Of a stretch of DNA of 64,000 nucleotides, positions 25,785-35,818 are shown piece by piece (the first letter of the stretch is position 1; every line of letters begins with the position of its first letter). The stretch comes from Thermoanaerobaculia bacterium. Its GTDB lineage: Bacteria; Acidobacteriota; Thermoanaerobaculia; UBA5066; Gp7-AA6. The stretch covers positions 2,245 to 66,244 of the forward strand of contig JBKJWL010000170.1 of the NCBI GenBank assembly GCA_046716885.1. Direction: 5' to 3'. The notes beneath the pieces were generated by a model. It was not told where the DNA came from. It saw only the letters and a program-made list of their open reading frames with translations, and did not search any database. Made by a program: the position numbers and the translations under genes.

Positions 25785-28348
25785 ACGGATTTCGCCTCAT
25801 CCTGCGCGCTCTGATCACGGGACCCGCACGCCGCCATCCCGCGCGCATCCTGCTGCCCGTCGTCGGCGTGGCGATCGGTGTGGCCGCCGTCGCGGCGATC
25901 CACCACGCCAACCGCAGCGTCTCGGCGTCGTTTCGCGACGCGGCGGCCAACGTGTCGGGGCGCAGCGACTTCGTCGTCCGCGGGACGGCCGGCGTTCCGG
26001 TCGAGAGCCTCGGCGCACTGGCCTTTCTGTGGCCGGTGGCCTCCTTCGCCCCCGCCGTCACGGGATCGGCCCTGGTCGCCGGTGGCGGGCGCGAGGTCGT
26101 CCAGGTCCTCGGCGTGGATTGGGGAGGCGACGACGTGGTGCGCGACGCCCGCCTCATCGCCCCGGAAAGCGCCGGAGCGCGGGCGCGGATCCTTTCGGGG
26201 CGCTCGGTGCTGGTCACCGCACCGTTCGCGGCGCGGCACCGGCTTTCCCCGGGAAGCACGCTCTCCCTGATCGCGGGCGGAACGCCGCGGAGGGTCGAGG
26301 TCGGAGGGATCCTCGAGCTCTCGGGAGTGGCGAAGGCCTCGGGAGGCGACATCCTTCTGACCGACATCTTCACCGCACAGGACCTCCTCGGAAAGGCCGG
26401 CCTGGTAGACCGCGTCGACATCGTGGTCAAGCCCGGCGCGTCGCGGGCCGGTGTCGAGCGCGAGATCCGCCGCCGGCTGCCGCCCGGACTCTCGCTCGAG
26501 CCGCCCGGGCGCGCCGCCGAGACCGCGGACCGCATGGTCCGCGCCTTCCGCTTCAACCTGAACGCGCTCGGGTCGTTGACGCTTCTCGTCGGGATCTTCC
26601 TGATCGCCAACGCCGTGTCGATCGCAGTCCTGCGCCGCCGGCCGGACATCGCGACTCTGCGCGCGCTGGGAGCCTCGCGACACGGGATCTTCGTGGCGTT
26701 CCTGGCAGAGGGCCTCGCGATCGGGATCGTAGGAACCGCGCTCGGCGAGGTCCTCGGCTTCTTCGTCTCGCGCGCCGCTCTTTCCGCCGTCGCGGGTACC
26801 GTCTCCAGCATCTACCTCCCAACGGCGCGGATTACGGGCTCGGGCTACACGGGGGCCGTGACGCTGGCCGCAGCCGTGGGGCTGGCCGCCTCCGTCCTTG
26901 CGACGCTTCTCCCGGCGCTCGAAGCCACGCGCGTCGATCCCTCGCCCGCGCTCCGGCCGGGCTCGATCGAGGGCAGCGCCCGCCGGCGTCTCTGGCCCCG
27001 CGCCGGGCTTTCGGCGGCGGCGCTTCTCCTCGCGCTGGCCGCGACCCGCGCGCGTCCCGTGGACGATTTTCCGCTCTTCGGCTTCGCGGCGGTCGGCCTC
27101 GTGGTCGCGGCGCTCGCGCTCGCGGCGCCGCTGATGGTCCGCCTGGCGGCCGCGTTTCCGGGGCGGCTGTTCGGAAAGCTCTTCGGGGCCGAGGGGCGCC
27201 TTTGCGCCGGGTTCTTCGGGGGCTCCCTCGCCAGGAACAGCATCGCCGTCACCTCACTCGCGATGGCGCTCGGCATGACCCTCGCGATGATCGTGACGGT
27301 CGCGTCGATCCGCGAGACGGTCCGGGTCTGGGTCGAGTCGACGCTGCGCTCGGATCTGTGGATCAAGGCCGACGCGGGTGGACGTTCGGGGATCGTCGGC
27401 GACCTGCCACCCGAGATCATCGCGTTTCTGGAAGAGACCGAGGGAGTGGCCGCGGTCGACCCCTTTCGGGCGCGCGAGACGGCCGACGCGGCCGGCCGGC
27501 CGTTCACCCTCGCCTCAGGGGACTTCCGCGTGATGGCCCGGGCCGGGGGTCTCCCCTTCCTCGACGGGCGTGACGCGCGCGCCGTCGCGCTCGAGGCGCG
27601 CGAGCGGGGCGAGGCGCTCGTCTCGGAGCCCTTCGCGCGGCGCTTCGGCGCATCGACCGGCTCCACCGTGACACTGCAAACGCCGCGGGGCCCGCGCGCC
27701 TTTCGCGTGGCGGGCGTCTATCGCGACTACTCCAACGATCGCGGCACGGTCGTGCTGGACCGCGCGCTCTCGCTGTCGTTCTTTCCCGACGCGCGCGTGA
27801 CGAGCCTGGCCGTTCTCGCGGAGCCGGGCGCCGACATCGGGGATCTGCGGCGACGCATCCTCGCGAACGCGGAGGGGCGTTACGCTCTGTCGATCTCAAC
27901 CAATCGGGAGCTGCGACGGGAGGTCCTCGTGATCTTCGACCGCACGTTCGCCGTCACGCGCGCCCTCGAAGGGATCGCCGTCGCGGTCGCCGTGCTCGGA
28001 ATCGCCAACGCGCTGGCGGCGTCGGCCGTCGAGCGCCGCCGGTCCTTCGGCCTCCTGCGCGCCATCGGCGCGTCGGGCGAGCAGATCCGGCGGGCGACGC
28101 TGCTCGAGGCGGCGCTGACGGGCCTGACGGGGACGGCGGCGGCGATCGGAGCGGGAGCGGCCTTCGCGTGGATCCTGCTCTCTGTGATCAACCCGCAGTC
28201 GTTCGGCTGGACCGTGGCGCTCGCCGTGCCCTGGGCGACTTTGGCCGGCGCCGCCGCGCTCGTCCTCGCCGCCTCGTTTCTGGCCGGGATCATCCCCGGC
28301 CGCATCGCCGCCGCGGTCGATCCCGCCGCGGCGCTCCAGGAGGAGTGA
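25781..28348 (+). CDS. FtsX-family ABC permease with two FtsX modules (YbbP-like)
   Basis: Track ORF 24200..28348 trimmed to ATG 25781, which forms an ATGA overlap with the ATPase stop. 855 aa. There are two repeats of a TM segment, a large loop, then three TM segments, with RALGASR and RAIGASG FtsX motifs. Confidence 0.8.
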   Translation: MNGFRLILRALITGPARRHPARILLPVVGVAIGVAAVAAIHHANRSVSASFRDAAANVSGRSDFVVRGTAGVPVESLGALAFLWPVASFAPAVTGSALVAGGGREVVQVLGVDWGGDDVVRDARLIAPESAGARARILSGRSVLVTAPFAARHRLSPGSTLSLIAGGTPRRVEVGGILELSGVAKASGGDILLTDIFTAQDLLGKAGLVDRVDIVVKPGASRAGVEREIRRRLPPGLSLEPPGRAAETADRMVRAFRFNLNALGSLTLLVGIFLIANAVSIAVLRRRPDIATLRALGASRHGIFVAFLAEGLAIGIVGTALGEVLGFFVSRAALSAVAGTVSSIYLPTARITGSGYTGAVTLAAAVGLAASVLATLLPALEATRVDPSPALRPGSIEGSARRRLWPRAGLSAAALLLALAATRARPVDDFPLFGFAAVGLVVAALALAAPLMVRLAAAFPGRLFGKLFGAEGRLCAGFFGGSLARNSIAVTSLAMALGMTLAMIVTVASIRETVRVWVESTLRSDLWIKADAGGRSGIVGDLPPEIIAFLEETEGVAAVDPFRARETADAAGRPFTLASGDFRVMARAGGLPFLDGRDARAVALEARERGEALVSEPFARRFGASTGSTVTLQTPRGPRAFRVAGVYRDYSNDRGTVVLDRALSLSFFPDARVTSLAVLAEPGADIGDLRRRILANAEGRYALSISTNRELRREVLVIFDRTFAVTRALEGIAVAVAVLGIANALAASAVERRRSFGLLRAIGASGEQIRRATLLEAALTGLTGTAAAIGAGAAFAWILLSVINPQSFGWTVALAVPWATLAGAAALVLAASFLAGIIPGRIAAAVDPAAALQEE

Positions 28349-28349
28349 C

Positions 28350-29375
28350 ATGCGATTCGGGGTCGCCGTGTTGTCGTTGCTCCTGCTCGCGCCCGCGCCG
28401 GCCGCGGCCCCCCAGTTCCCCCGCGACCACGGGGCGCACGCGGACGCGGCGCTGGAGTGGTGGTACTGGACCGGGCACCTCGAGGACGCGGCCGGCCGCG
28501 CGTACGGGTTTCAGCTTACGTTCTTCCGTCTGCGGGACCTGCACCTGGCGCACTTCGCGTGGTCCGACCTTGCGGGCGGCCGGTTCTTCTTCGACGAGAA
28601 GACTCACCTCGGTCTGCCCGGGATCGCCGGCGCCGCATCGGAAAAGCTCGAGGTGTTCAACGAGGATTGGACGGCCCGCGAGGAAAAGGGCGCGCATCGC
28701 CTGCGCGTTCGAACGGCGATCGGCGAGCTGACGCTCACCCTCCAGCCGATGAAACCCCCCGTCCTCCACGGCGAGGGCGGAATCTCGAAGAAGGGCCCCG
28801 GAGGCAACGAGTACTCGCATTACGTGTCGATCACCCGTCTCTCCGCCTCGGGGACGCTGCGCCAGGACGGCCGCCGGAGCCAGGCGTTGAAGGGCACCGC
28901 GTGGTTCGACCACGAGTGGGGCCCCGGAGCCCTTCCGTCGGGAGCCACCGGATGGGACTGGTTCGCGCTGCAGCTCTCCGACGGGTCCGAGCTGATGCTC
29001 TACCGGATGCGGCTGCAGGGCGGCAAAGCCTCGCCCTTCTCGGCCGGCACGTTCGTGCCGGCGAGCGGCCCGCCCCGGCCGATCGCCTGGGGTGACGTGA
29101 CCCTCGCTCCCCGGTCAACCTGGACGTCTCCGCGCTCGAAGGCGGCCTACCCCGCCGCCTGGTCGCTGGCCGTGCGCTCGCTCGGCCTCGAGGCCACCCT
29201 CACCCCGCTCCTGGCCGACCAGGAGCTCGTCACGGCGAAGTCCACGGGGGTGACGTACTGGGAAGGGGCGTGCCGCGTCGAGGGAAAAAGAAACGGCCGC
29301 CCGATCGGCGGCCGCGCGTACGTCGAGATGACCGGCTACGCGGGGCGGGACGTGCCCGGCTTCGCCTTGCCGTAA
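28350..29375 (+). CDS. Secreted AttH/CrtC-like (carotenoid 1,2-hydratase / lipocalin-like) protein
   Basis: 341 aa with a signal peptide (MRFGVAVLSLLLLAPAPAAA). FPRDHGAHADAALEWWYWTGHL and AWFDHEWG are typical of the AttH/CrtC family. It starts 1 nt after the permease stop. Confidence 0.75.
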   Translation: MRFGVAVLSLLLLAPAPAAAPQFPRDHGAHADAALEWWYWTGHLEDAAGRAYGFQLTFFRLRDLHLAHFAWSDLAGGRFFFDEKTHLGLPGIAGAASEKLEVFNEDWTAREEKGAHRLRVRTAIGELTLTLQPMKPPVLHGEGGISKKGPGGNEYSHYVSITRLSASGTLRQDGRRSQALKGTAWFDHEWGPGALPSGATGWDWFALQLSDGSELMLYRMRLQGGKASPFSAGTFVPASGPPRPIAWGDVTLAPRSTWTSPRSKAAYPAAWSLAVRSLGLEATLTPLLADQELVTAKSTGVTYWEGACRVEGKRNGRPIGGRAYVEMTGYAGRDVPGFALP

Positions 29376-29390
29376 GGGCTCAGCCGCCTG

Positions 29391-29933
29391 CTAGGGAATC
29401 GGGGTCGGCAGCGGCTCCGACTGGACGCCCGGATCCGAAGAAGCGCCCGGCTCCGGCTCGACGGACGTGTAATGCGACTTCGCCTTGCCGCTCGATTTCC
29501 CCTGGGTCTCGAGCGTCACGAGAAACGACGCGGCCTGGTGCAGCCTTCGGTACACGTAAGGAAAATCGATTTCGTAATAGGTGCGGTCGCCCTTGTTGAG
29601 ATAACCCCACTTCGTCCCGTTCGAGCCGGCGGCGACGACGTTGCCCTCGGCGTCGAAGACGACGACGGCGGCACCGACCTCCTGATTCGTCTTCCCGTTG
29701 TTGTCGATGCGGATCTTGACCTTGGCGCTCGACTTCCGGATCGGCGTCCCCTTCAGGGTGCCGCCGAGGTCGAACTCCACCTCGTTGATGACGATGTCGC
29801 CGTCCTGCAGGTCGATTTTCTGGATTCCGTTGACGGGGCTCCAGTCGAACTTTTTGGTCGATACTTCGGACGAGGCCGGCGCGGCCAGGCCCGCCGCGAA
29901 AAGAGCCATCGGAAAAAACCCTCGAAGTTTCAT
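29391..29933 (-). CDS. Secreted hypothetical protein (Lys-rich, beta-rich)
   Basis: Track ORF trimmed to ATG 29933, which is preceded by GGAGGTGGG. The signal peptide is MKLRGFFPMALFAAGLAAPASS. No family recognised. Confidence 0.55.
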   Translation of the reverse strand: MKLRGFFPMALFAAGLAAPASSEVSTKKFDWSPVNGIQKIDLQDGDIVINEVEFDLGGTLKGTPIRKSSAKVKIRIDNNGKTNQEVGAAVVVFDAEGNVVAAGSNGTKWGYLNKGDRTYYEIDFPYVYRRLHQAASFLVTLETQGKSSGKAKSHYTSVEPEPGASSDPGVQSEPLPTPIP

Positions 29934-30067
29934 TCCCACCTCCGTAAAAAAACGACAGAGCGACACCACGCCGGACGCTCCGGCGCGGACTCTACGGAGT
30001 GTAGCAGGCAGTTCGAAAGATTAGGCCGAGAGAACTTCTTCGCTCCTGTCCGCGCGTCGAGCGCGGC

Positions 30068-31585
<1,518 letters not shown>

Positions 31586-31636
31586 GCGAAGTTGGCGCGG
31601 AGAATACCAGAGGCCCCGCCGCCGCACCCCACCTCT

Positions 31637-32341
31637 TCAGATCTTTTCGAGAAGATCCCCCAGGCTCCGAATCCGGTCCCGTACGTCGGGGTGCAGGTCC
31701 ATGCGGTCGAGAAGCAGCGCCGTCAGGCCCGCGGCGCGGGCGCCCTCGAAATCGTCGCGGAGCGAATCGCCGACGTGCAGCGCCTCCGCGGCGCCGACGG
31801 CGAGCCGCGCGCAGGTGCGCCGGAAAATCTCCGGCTCCGGCTTTCCCGTCTCCTCGATCGCGGACACCGCCACCGTCCGGAAGAAGGGTGAGAGGCCCGT
31901 CCGTTCGAGGATCTGCGGGAGGTACGAGTCCCAGTTGGAGACGACGGCCAGCGGCAGACCCCGGGCCCCCAGCGCGGCGAGTGTCGGGACGACATCCGGG
32001 TACACGCTCCACGCCTCGGGCCTGCGGAAATGCTCGGCCAGGCGTGCGAAGGCGTCCTCCGAGAGCGGCCCGCCGTCCAACAGCCCCCGCACGCGGCCGA
32101 GGAAATCCCGCCAGAACTCCGGTTCGCCCCGCACACCGCCGTAGCGGTCGCCGGGCTTTTCCCGCTGGACCGCGACCCAGGTCCGCGTCAGCGCGTCGCG
32201 AAGCTCTTCCGTCGAGAAGCGCGCACCGTCATCCGCGAAGACGCGGGCGTACACCTCCTCGACGGGAGGGTCGGGGTAGAGAAGCGTCGCGCCGGCGTCG
32301 AAGAATACGGCCCGGATCCGTGACCGGCCGTCAGCGGTCAA
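31637..32341 (-). CDS. HAD-IA family hydrolase
   Basis: Proposed start at TTG 32341 (TTGA overlap with the upstream stop). Motifs are IRAVFFDAGATL (DxD-type motif I), VVSNWD, GKPEPEIF and VGDSLRDD. Confidence 0.75.
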   Translation of the reverse strand: MTADGRSRIRAVFFDAGATLLYPDPPVEEVYARVFADDGARFSTEELRDALTRTWVAVQREKPGDRYGGVRGEPEFWRDFLGRVRGLLDGGPLSEDAFARLAEHFRRPEAWSVYPDVVPTLAALGARGLPLAVVSNWDSYLPQILERTGLSPFFRTVAVSAIEETGKPEPEIFRRTCARLAVGAAEALHVGDSLRDDFEGARAAGLTALLLDRMDLHPDVRDRIRSLGDLLEKI

Positions 32342-33018
32342 CAGACGAGCGCGTTCTCCCGCATCACGCCGTCGAGCGCCCCGTTGAGCGCCTCGAGGCA
32401 GCGCCGCGCCGCCGTGAGAGCCTCCCCGCGCGCCTCCGGCGTGTCCGCCACGCGTCCGAGCGCCTCGCGCTCGACCTCGCGGTGCCAAACGTCGGCCGTC
32501 TCGTGGACCGAGAAGAACCGCGTCGCCTCGCCTTCCGCGATGCCGTAGAAGGCGCAGAGGCCCTCGCGTTTGGTCTTCGAGATCTCGGGGATCTGCGACT
32601 CGTACGCGTAGAGGGCGGCGAGCCCCTCGGCTGTCGAGCCACCGCGGGTCGCCCGCCGGAACTCGGCGATCGTCGCCGCCACTTCGGGCGTGCGCGGCGA
32701 GGCCGCGAGGTCCGACTCGGCGGCGCCGAGGGCCGCGGCGAACCGGCGCCAGAGCGCGGGATGGTTGTCGGCTCCCCGCTCCTCCTCGATCAGGTTCTCG
32801 AGGAGCTCCTGCCGCAGGGCCGCGTCCTCGCAGCCCGAGTGAACGGCCGACACGTACGTCGGGAACGCCGCCACGTGGGGGTAGTACGAAATGGCGTATT
32901 CACGCAGGTTCTCGCGCGTGAGCTTCCCCTGCGACCAGAGTTGATAGAAGGGATGCTTGAGAAGGTGTTTCTCGGCGATGAGACTGTCCAGAGCTTCGAG
33001 GAACTGTTCGCGCGTCAT
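32338..33018 (-). CDS. Heme-oxygenase-like di-iron protein of the CADD/PqqC/TenA superfamily
   Basis: Trimmed to ATG 33018, with GGGAGG 7 nt upstream. Motifs are HPFYQLWSQGKL, ENLIEEERGADNHPALWRRF, YAYESQIPE and FFSVHETADVWH (an E/H ligand pattern). Confidence 0.65.
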   Translation of the reverse strand: MTREQFLEALDSLIAEKHLLKHPFYQLWSQGKLTRENLREYAISYYPHVAAFPTYVSAVHSGCEDAALRQELLENLIEEERGADNHPALWRRFAAALGAAESDLAASPRTPEVAATIAEFRRATRGGSTAEGLAALYAYESQIPEISKTKREGLCAFYGIAEGEATRFFSVHETADVWHREVEREALGRVADTPEARGEALTAARRCLEALNGALDGVMRENALVC

Positions 33019-33037
33019 GTCTGTACCTCCCTCTCGA

Positions 33038-33106
33038 GGTTGACAGTCTACAATCAACGGTTGACAGTCGGAAACGTCCTTCGCGGTCGGCTGCCGACTG
33101 TCAACC
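33038..33106. promoter_or_regulatory. Three copies of an 11-13-nt element (GGTTGACAGTC x2 direct, CCGACTGTCAACC inverted) between the SDR stop and the CADD-like start
   Basis: Read directly: copies at 33038-33048, 33059-33071 and 33094-33106 (inverted). See findings. Confidence 0.6.
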
Positions 33107-33118
33107 GTCGACTCATCT

Positions 33119-33886
33119 TCACGGCATCACCTGCCCGCCGTCGGCCACGATCGCCTGGCCGGTGATCGAGCGGGCGTCGTCGGAGCCGAGGTAGGCGGCG
33201 AGGCCGGCGATCTCGTCCGGATCGAGGACGCGGTTCAAGGGAGCCATCCGGGCGGCGGCCGCGCGGCCCTCGCTCTCCGAGCCGAACCGGCGAAACCCCT
33301 CCCGGGCCATCTCGGTCTCGACCCAGCCCGGGCAGATGGCGTTGACGGTGATCTGCCGAGGTCCGAGCTCCAGGGCGAGGGCCCGAGTCAGGCCGATGAC
33401 CCCGGTCTTGGAGGCGCAGTACGCGGCGAATCCGGCCACGCCGAACCGGCCGAGCACGGAGGACAGGTTGATGATACGGCCCCCGTCGCGCAGCAGGGGA
33501 GCGACGGCGCGGGTGACGCGGAAGGTGGCCGTGAGGTTGACGGCGAGGATGGCGTCCCAGCGCGCGTCGTCCGAGTCCGACAGCGGTGTGAGGCCGCCGA
33601 GGCCCGCATTGTTCACGAGAATGTCGATGCGCTCCCAGCGCGCCGCCGCGGCCGCGACCATCTGTCCGACCGATTCCCGGTCGGTCACGTCGCAGGCGAC
33701 CGCCAGCGCCTCCTGCCCCGCGCCGCGCATCTCGGCCGCGATGCGCTCGACCGACTCCCGGCTGCGGGCCGCGAGCACGACGCTCGCCCCCTCGGCGCCG
33801 AACCGCCTCGCGATCGCCTCGCCGATACCCCGGGAGGCGCCGGTCACGAGCGCCACCCGGTCGGCGAGCCGTCGCGCAACGATCAT
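33119..33886 (-). CDS. Short-chain dehydrogenase/reductase (FabG-like)
   Basis: 255 aa. Motifs are VTGASRGIG, NNAG and YCASK. Confidence 0.85.
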   Translation of the reverse strand: MIVARRLADRVALVTGASRGIGEAIARRFGAEGASVVLAARSRESVERIAAEMRGAGQEALAVACDVTDRESVGQMVAAAAARWERIDILVNNAGLGGLTPLSDSDDARWDAILAVNLTATFRVTRAVAPLLRDGGRIINLSSVLGRFGVAGFAAYCASKTGVIGLTRALALELGPRQITVNAICPGWVETEMAREGFRRFGSESEGRAAAARMAPLNRVLDPDEIAGLAAYLGSDDARSITGQAIVADGGQVMP

Positions 33887-33896
33887 CTCGAGGAGG

Positions 33897-34907
33897 TCAG
33901 GCTAGCCGCGCACCGGCAGCGTTCGGGGCTCCGGCAGGGCGGGCCCCGGCGACCTCCGGCGGCAGCGGAAAGTGCACGCTTTCGGCGACCGTGAGCACTT
34001 CCTCCACGTCCACGTGCACCTCGGCCCCGGCGCGGGCGCGCAAGGTCGTCACGATCTCGTTGACGAGGAACTCGGGAGCGGAAGCCCCGGACGTGATGCC
34101 GACGACCTCGATTCCGGCAAGCCAGGCGGGATCGATCCCGGCGATGTCGTCGACGAGATAGGCCCGCGCCCCGGCCAGCTCGGCCTCCTCCACCAGCCGG
34201 TTTGAGTTGGAGGAGTTGCGGGACCCGACGACAAGAATGACCTTCGCCAGTCTCGCCAGCGCGCGCACAGAGACCTGCCGGTTCTGGGTCGCGTAGCAGA
34301 TGTCGTCCTTGGCGGGAGAGTGGATATTCGGGAACCGACGCTTGAGCGTCTCGACGATCGGGCGCGTGTCTTCCATCGAAAGCGTCGTCTGGGTGATGAA
34401 CGCGACCCTTTCGGGATCCGCCACGGTGATCCGCTCGGCGTCCTCCACAGTGGAGACGAGCCGGATCTGGGACGCCGCCTCACCCATCGTGCCCTCGACT
34501 TCCTCGTGACCGGCGTGCCCGACCAACAGGATGTCGTAGCCGAAGCGCGCAAACCGGATGGCCTCGAGGTGAACCTTGGTGACGAGCGGACAGGTGGCGT
34601 CGATGACCCGCAGCCCGCGTTCCACCGCCGCGGCGCGGACCTGCGGCGAAACCCCGTGCGCGGAGAAAACGACAGTCGCACCGTCGGGCACCTCCGAGAG
34701 CTCTTCGACGAAGCGGACGCCGCGGGCCTCGAAGTCCCGAACCACGTGGCGGTTGTGGACGATCTCCTTGCGCACGAAAATCGGGCCCTCGAAGCAATCT
34801 AGGGCGAGGTCCACGATCTCGACCGCGCGGACCACCCCCGCGCAGAATCCGCGCGGGGACGCGAGAAGGATCCGTCGAAGCGGGAGGGAGACGTCTTCCG
34901 GAATCAT
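33897..34907 (-). CDS. ispH: 4-hydroxy-3-methylbut-2-enyl diphosphate reductase
   Basis: Trimmed to ATG 34907 ([30 protein letters not shown]). Motifs are [29 protein letters not shown] and [13 protein letters not shown]. Confidence 0.9.
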   Translation of the reverse strand: MIPEDVSLPLRRILLASPRGFCAGVVRAVEIVDLALDCFEGPIFVRKEIVHNRHVVRDFEARGVRFVEELSEVPDGATVVFSAHGVSPQVRAAAVERGLRVIDATCPLVTKVHLEAIRFARFGYDILLVGHAGHEEVEGTMGEAASQIRLVSTVEDAERITVADPERVAFITQTTLSMEDTRPIVETLKRRFPNIHSPAKDDICYATQNRQVSVRALARLAKVILVVGSRNSSNSNRLVEEAELAGARAYLVDDIAGIDPAWLAGIEVVGITSGASAPEFLVNEIVTTLRARAGAEVHVDVEEVLTVAESVHFPLPPEVAGARPAGAPNAAGARLA

Positions 34908-34923
34908 GGCGCCGTGACGGATT

Positions 34924-35103
34924 CTATCGCCCGGCCGGCTCCGTCGGGCTTTCCGTCCGGTTCGGCTCGCCCGCGTGCCGGGAATCGCGCCGGTAGAGCG
35001 ACCATTCCAGGCCGCACGCCTCGCAGTAGGCCTCGCCCGACTCCGCCGGCCGCGGGCAGGCCCCGTTGGCACAACGCACGGCGGACATCCGGTTCTCGTT
35101 CAT
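34924..35103 (-). CDS. 59-aa Cys4 (zinc-ribbon-like) small protein
   Basis: ATG 35103 forms an ATGA overlap with the TetR stop. The product is [41 protein letters not shown]..., with a C-x4-C-x10-C-x2-C pattern. Third codon positions are almost all G/C, as in the neighbouring genes. Confidence 0.4.
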   Translation of the reverse strand: MNENRMSAVRCANGACPRPAESGEAYCEACGLEWSLYRRDSRHAGEPNRTESPTEPAGR

Positions 35104-35732
35104 CGGTTTTCTCCTTTCTTCTCCGGGCCCGGCGCGAGCAGATAGGCCAGGAGCTCCCGCTCGCACCGGTCCCGATACACGCCAAAAGTCGCCTCCGGCT
35201 CCTTCTCCGAGAGCCATTGCAGCATCAGACCGTCGAAGATCGCGCGCATGGTCGAGCCGGCCTCCCGGGGATCCCGCACGACGAACACGCCGCGCCGCAT
35301 CCCCTCTTCCACGATGCCGCCGTCGATCTCGCGGCAGCCCGCGTAGAAGCGCTCGTTGACCTCGCGGAAGGGCTCGCGCCGCGCCGCCAGCCCCGAGAAG
35401 TCCACGAAGGCGCGAAAGAACGCGCGGTTCTTGGAGGGCGAGGGAAAGATGAGCGCCACGAGCGCCCGGATCTTCCCGACCGGATCGGCCTCGGCCGCCA
35501 CGGCCTCCCGCATCCGCCCGTGAATGGAGTCGACGAGCCAACCGAAGAGCTCCCGGAAAAGCTCCTCCTTGGAATCGAAGTAGTAGAGCGTCACGCCCTT
35601 GGACACCCCCGCGCGACGCGCGATGTCGTCCAGCGTGACCTCGGAGAAGCCCTTCTCGGCCACCTCCCGGAACGCGGCCTTCAGAAGCGCGAGGCGCCGC
35701 TCGGGCTCGGCGGAGTTGGCCGTCTTAGCCAT
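35100..35732 (-). CDS. TetR/AcrR family transcriptional regulator
   Basis: Trimmed to ATG 35732 (MAKTANSAEPERRLALLKAAFREVAEKGFSEVTLDDIARRAGVSKGVTLYYFDSKEELF), which is the HTH signature. Confidence 0.85.
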   Translation of the reverse strand: MAKTANSAEPERRLALLKAAFREVAEKGFSEVTLDDIARRAGVSKGVTLYYFDSKEELFRELFGWLVDSIHGRMREAVAAEADPVGKIRALVALIFPSPSKNRAFFRAFVDFSGLAARREPFREVNERFYAGCREIDGGIVEEGMRRGVFVVRDPREAGSTMRAIFDGLMLQWLSEKEPEATFGVYRDRCERELLAYLLAPGPEKKGENR

Positions 35733-35739
35733 ATGCGGC

Positions 35740-35770
35740 AGACTAACCGACTGGTCAGTCAACTGTCAAG
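35740..35770 (-). promoter_or_regulatory. Candidate tetR promoter/operator: TTGACA-N18-TAGTCT with the inverted repeat GACTG-N2-CAGTC in the spacer
   Basis: The minus strand reads GGCTTGACAGTTGACTGACCAGTCGGTTAGTCTGCCGCATATG. The -10-like hexamer ends 7 nt before the ATG. Confidence 0.35.
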
Positions 35771-35818
35771 CCGATCTGCCATGACGCTCGAAGGCTAGAA
35801 ATTTCATAGACTTACGTC

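Noticed and set aside
30050-30066. Hairpin CCGCGC-GTCGA-GCGCGG just downstream of the permease stop, and AT-rich hairpin CAGATT-CTGGC-AATCTG at 48631-48647 after the DinB gene, considered as intrinsic terminators
   Set aside because: Both stems are only 6 bp, with a weak U-tract or none. They are plausible but too weak to list as features.
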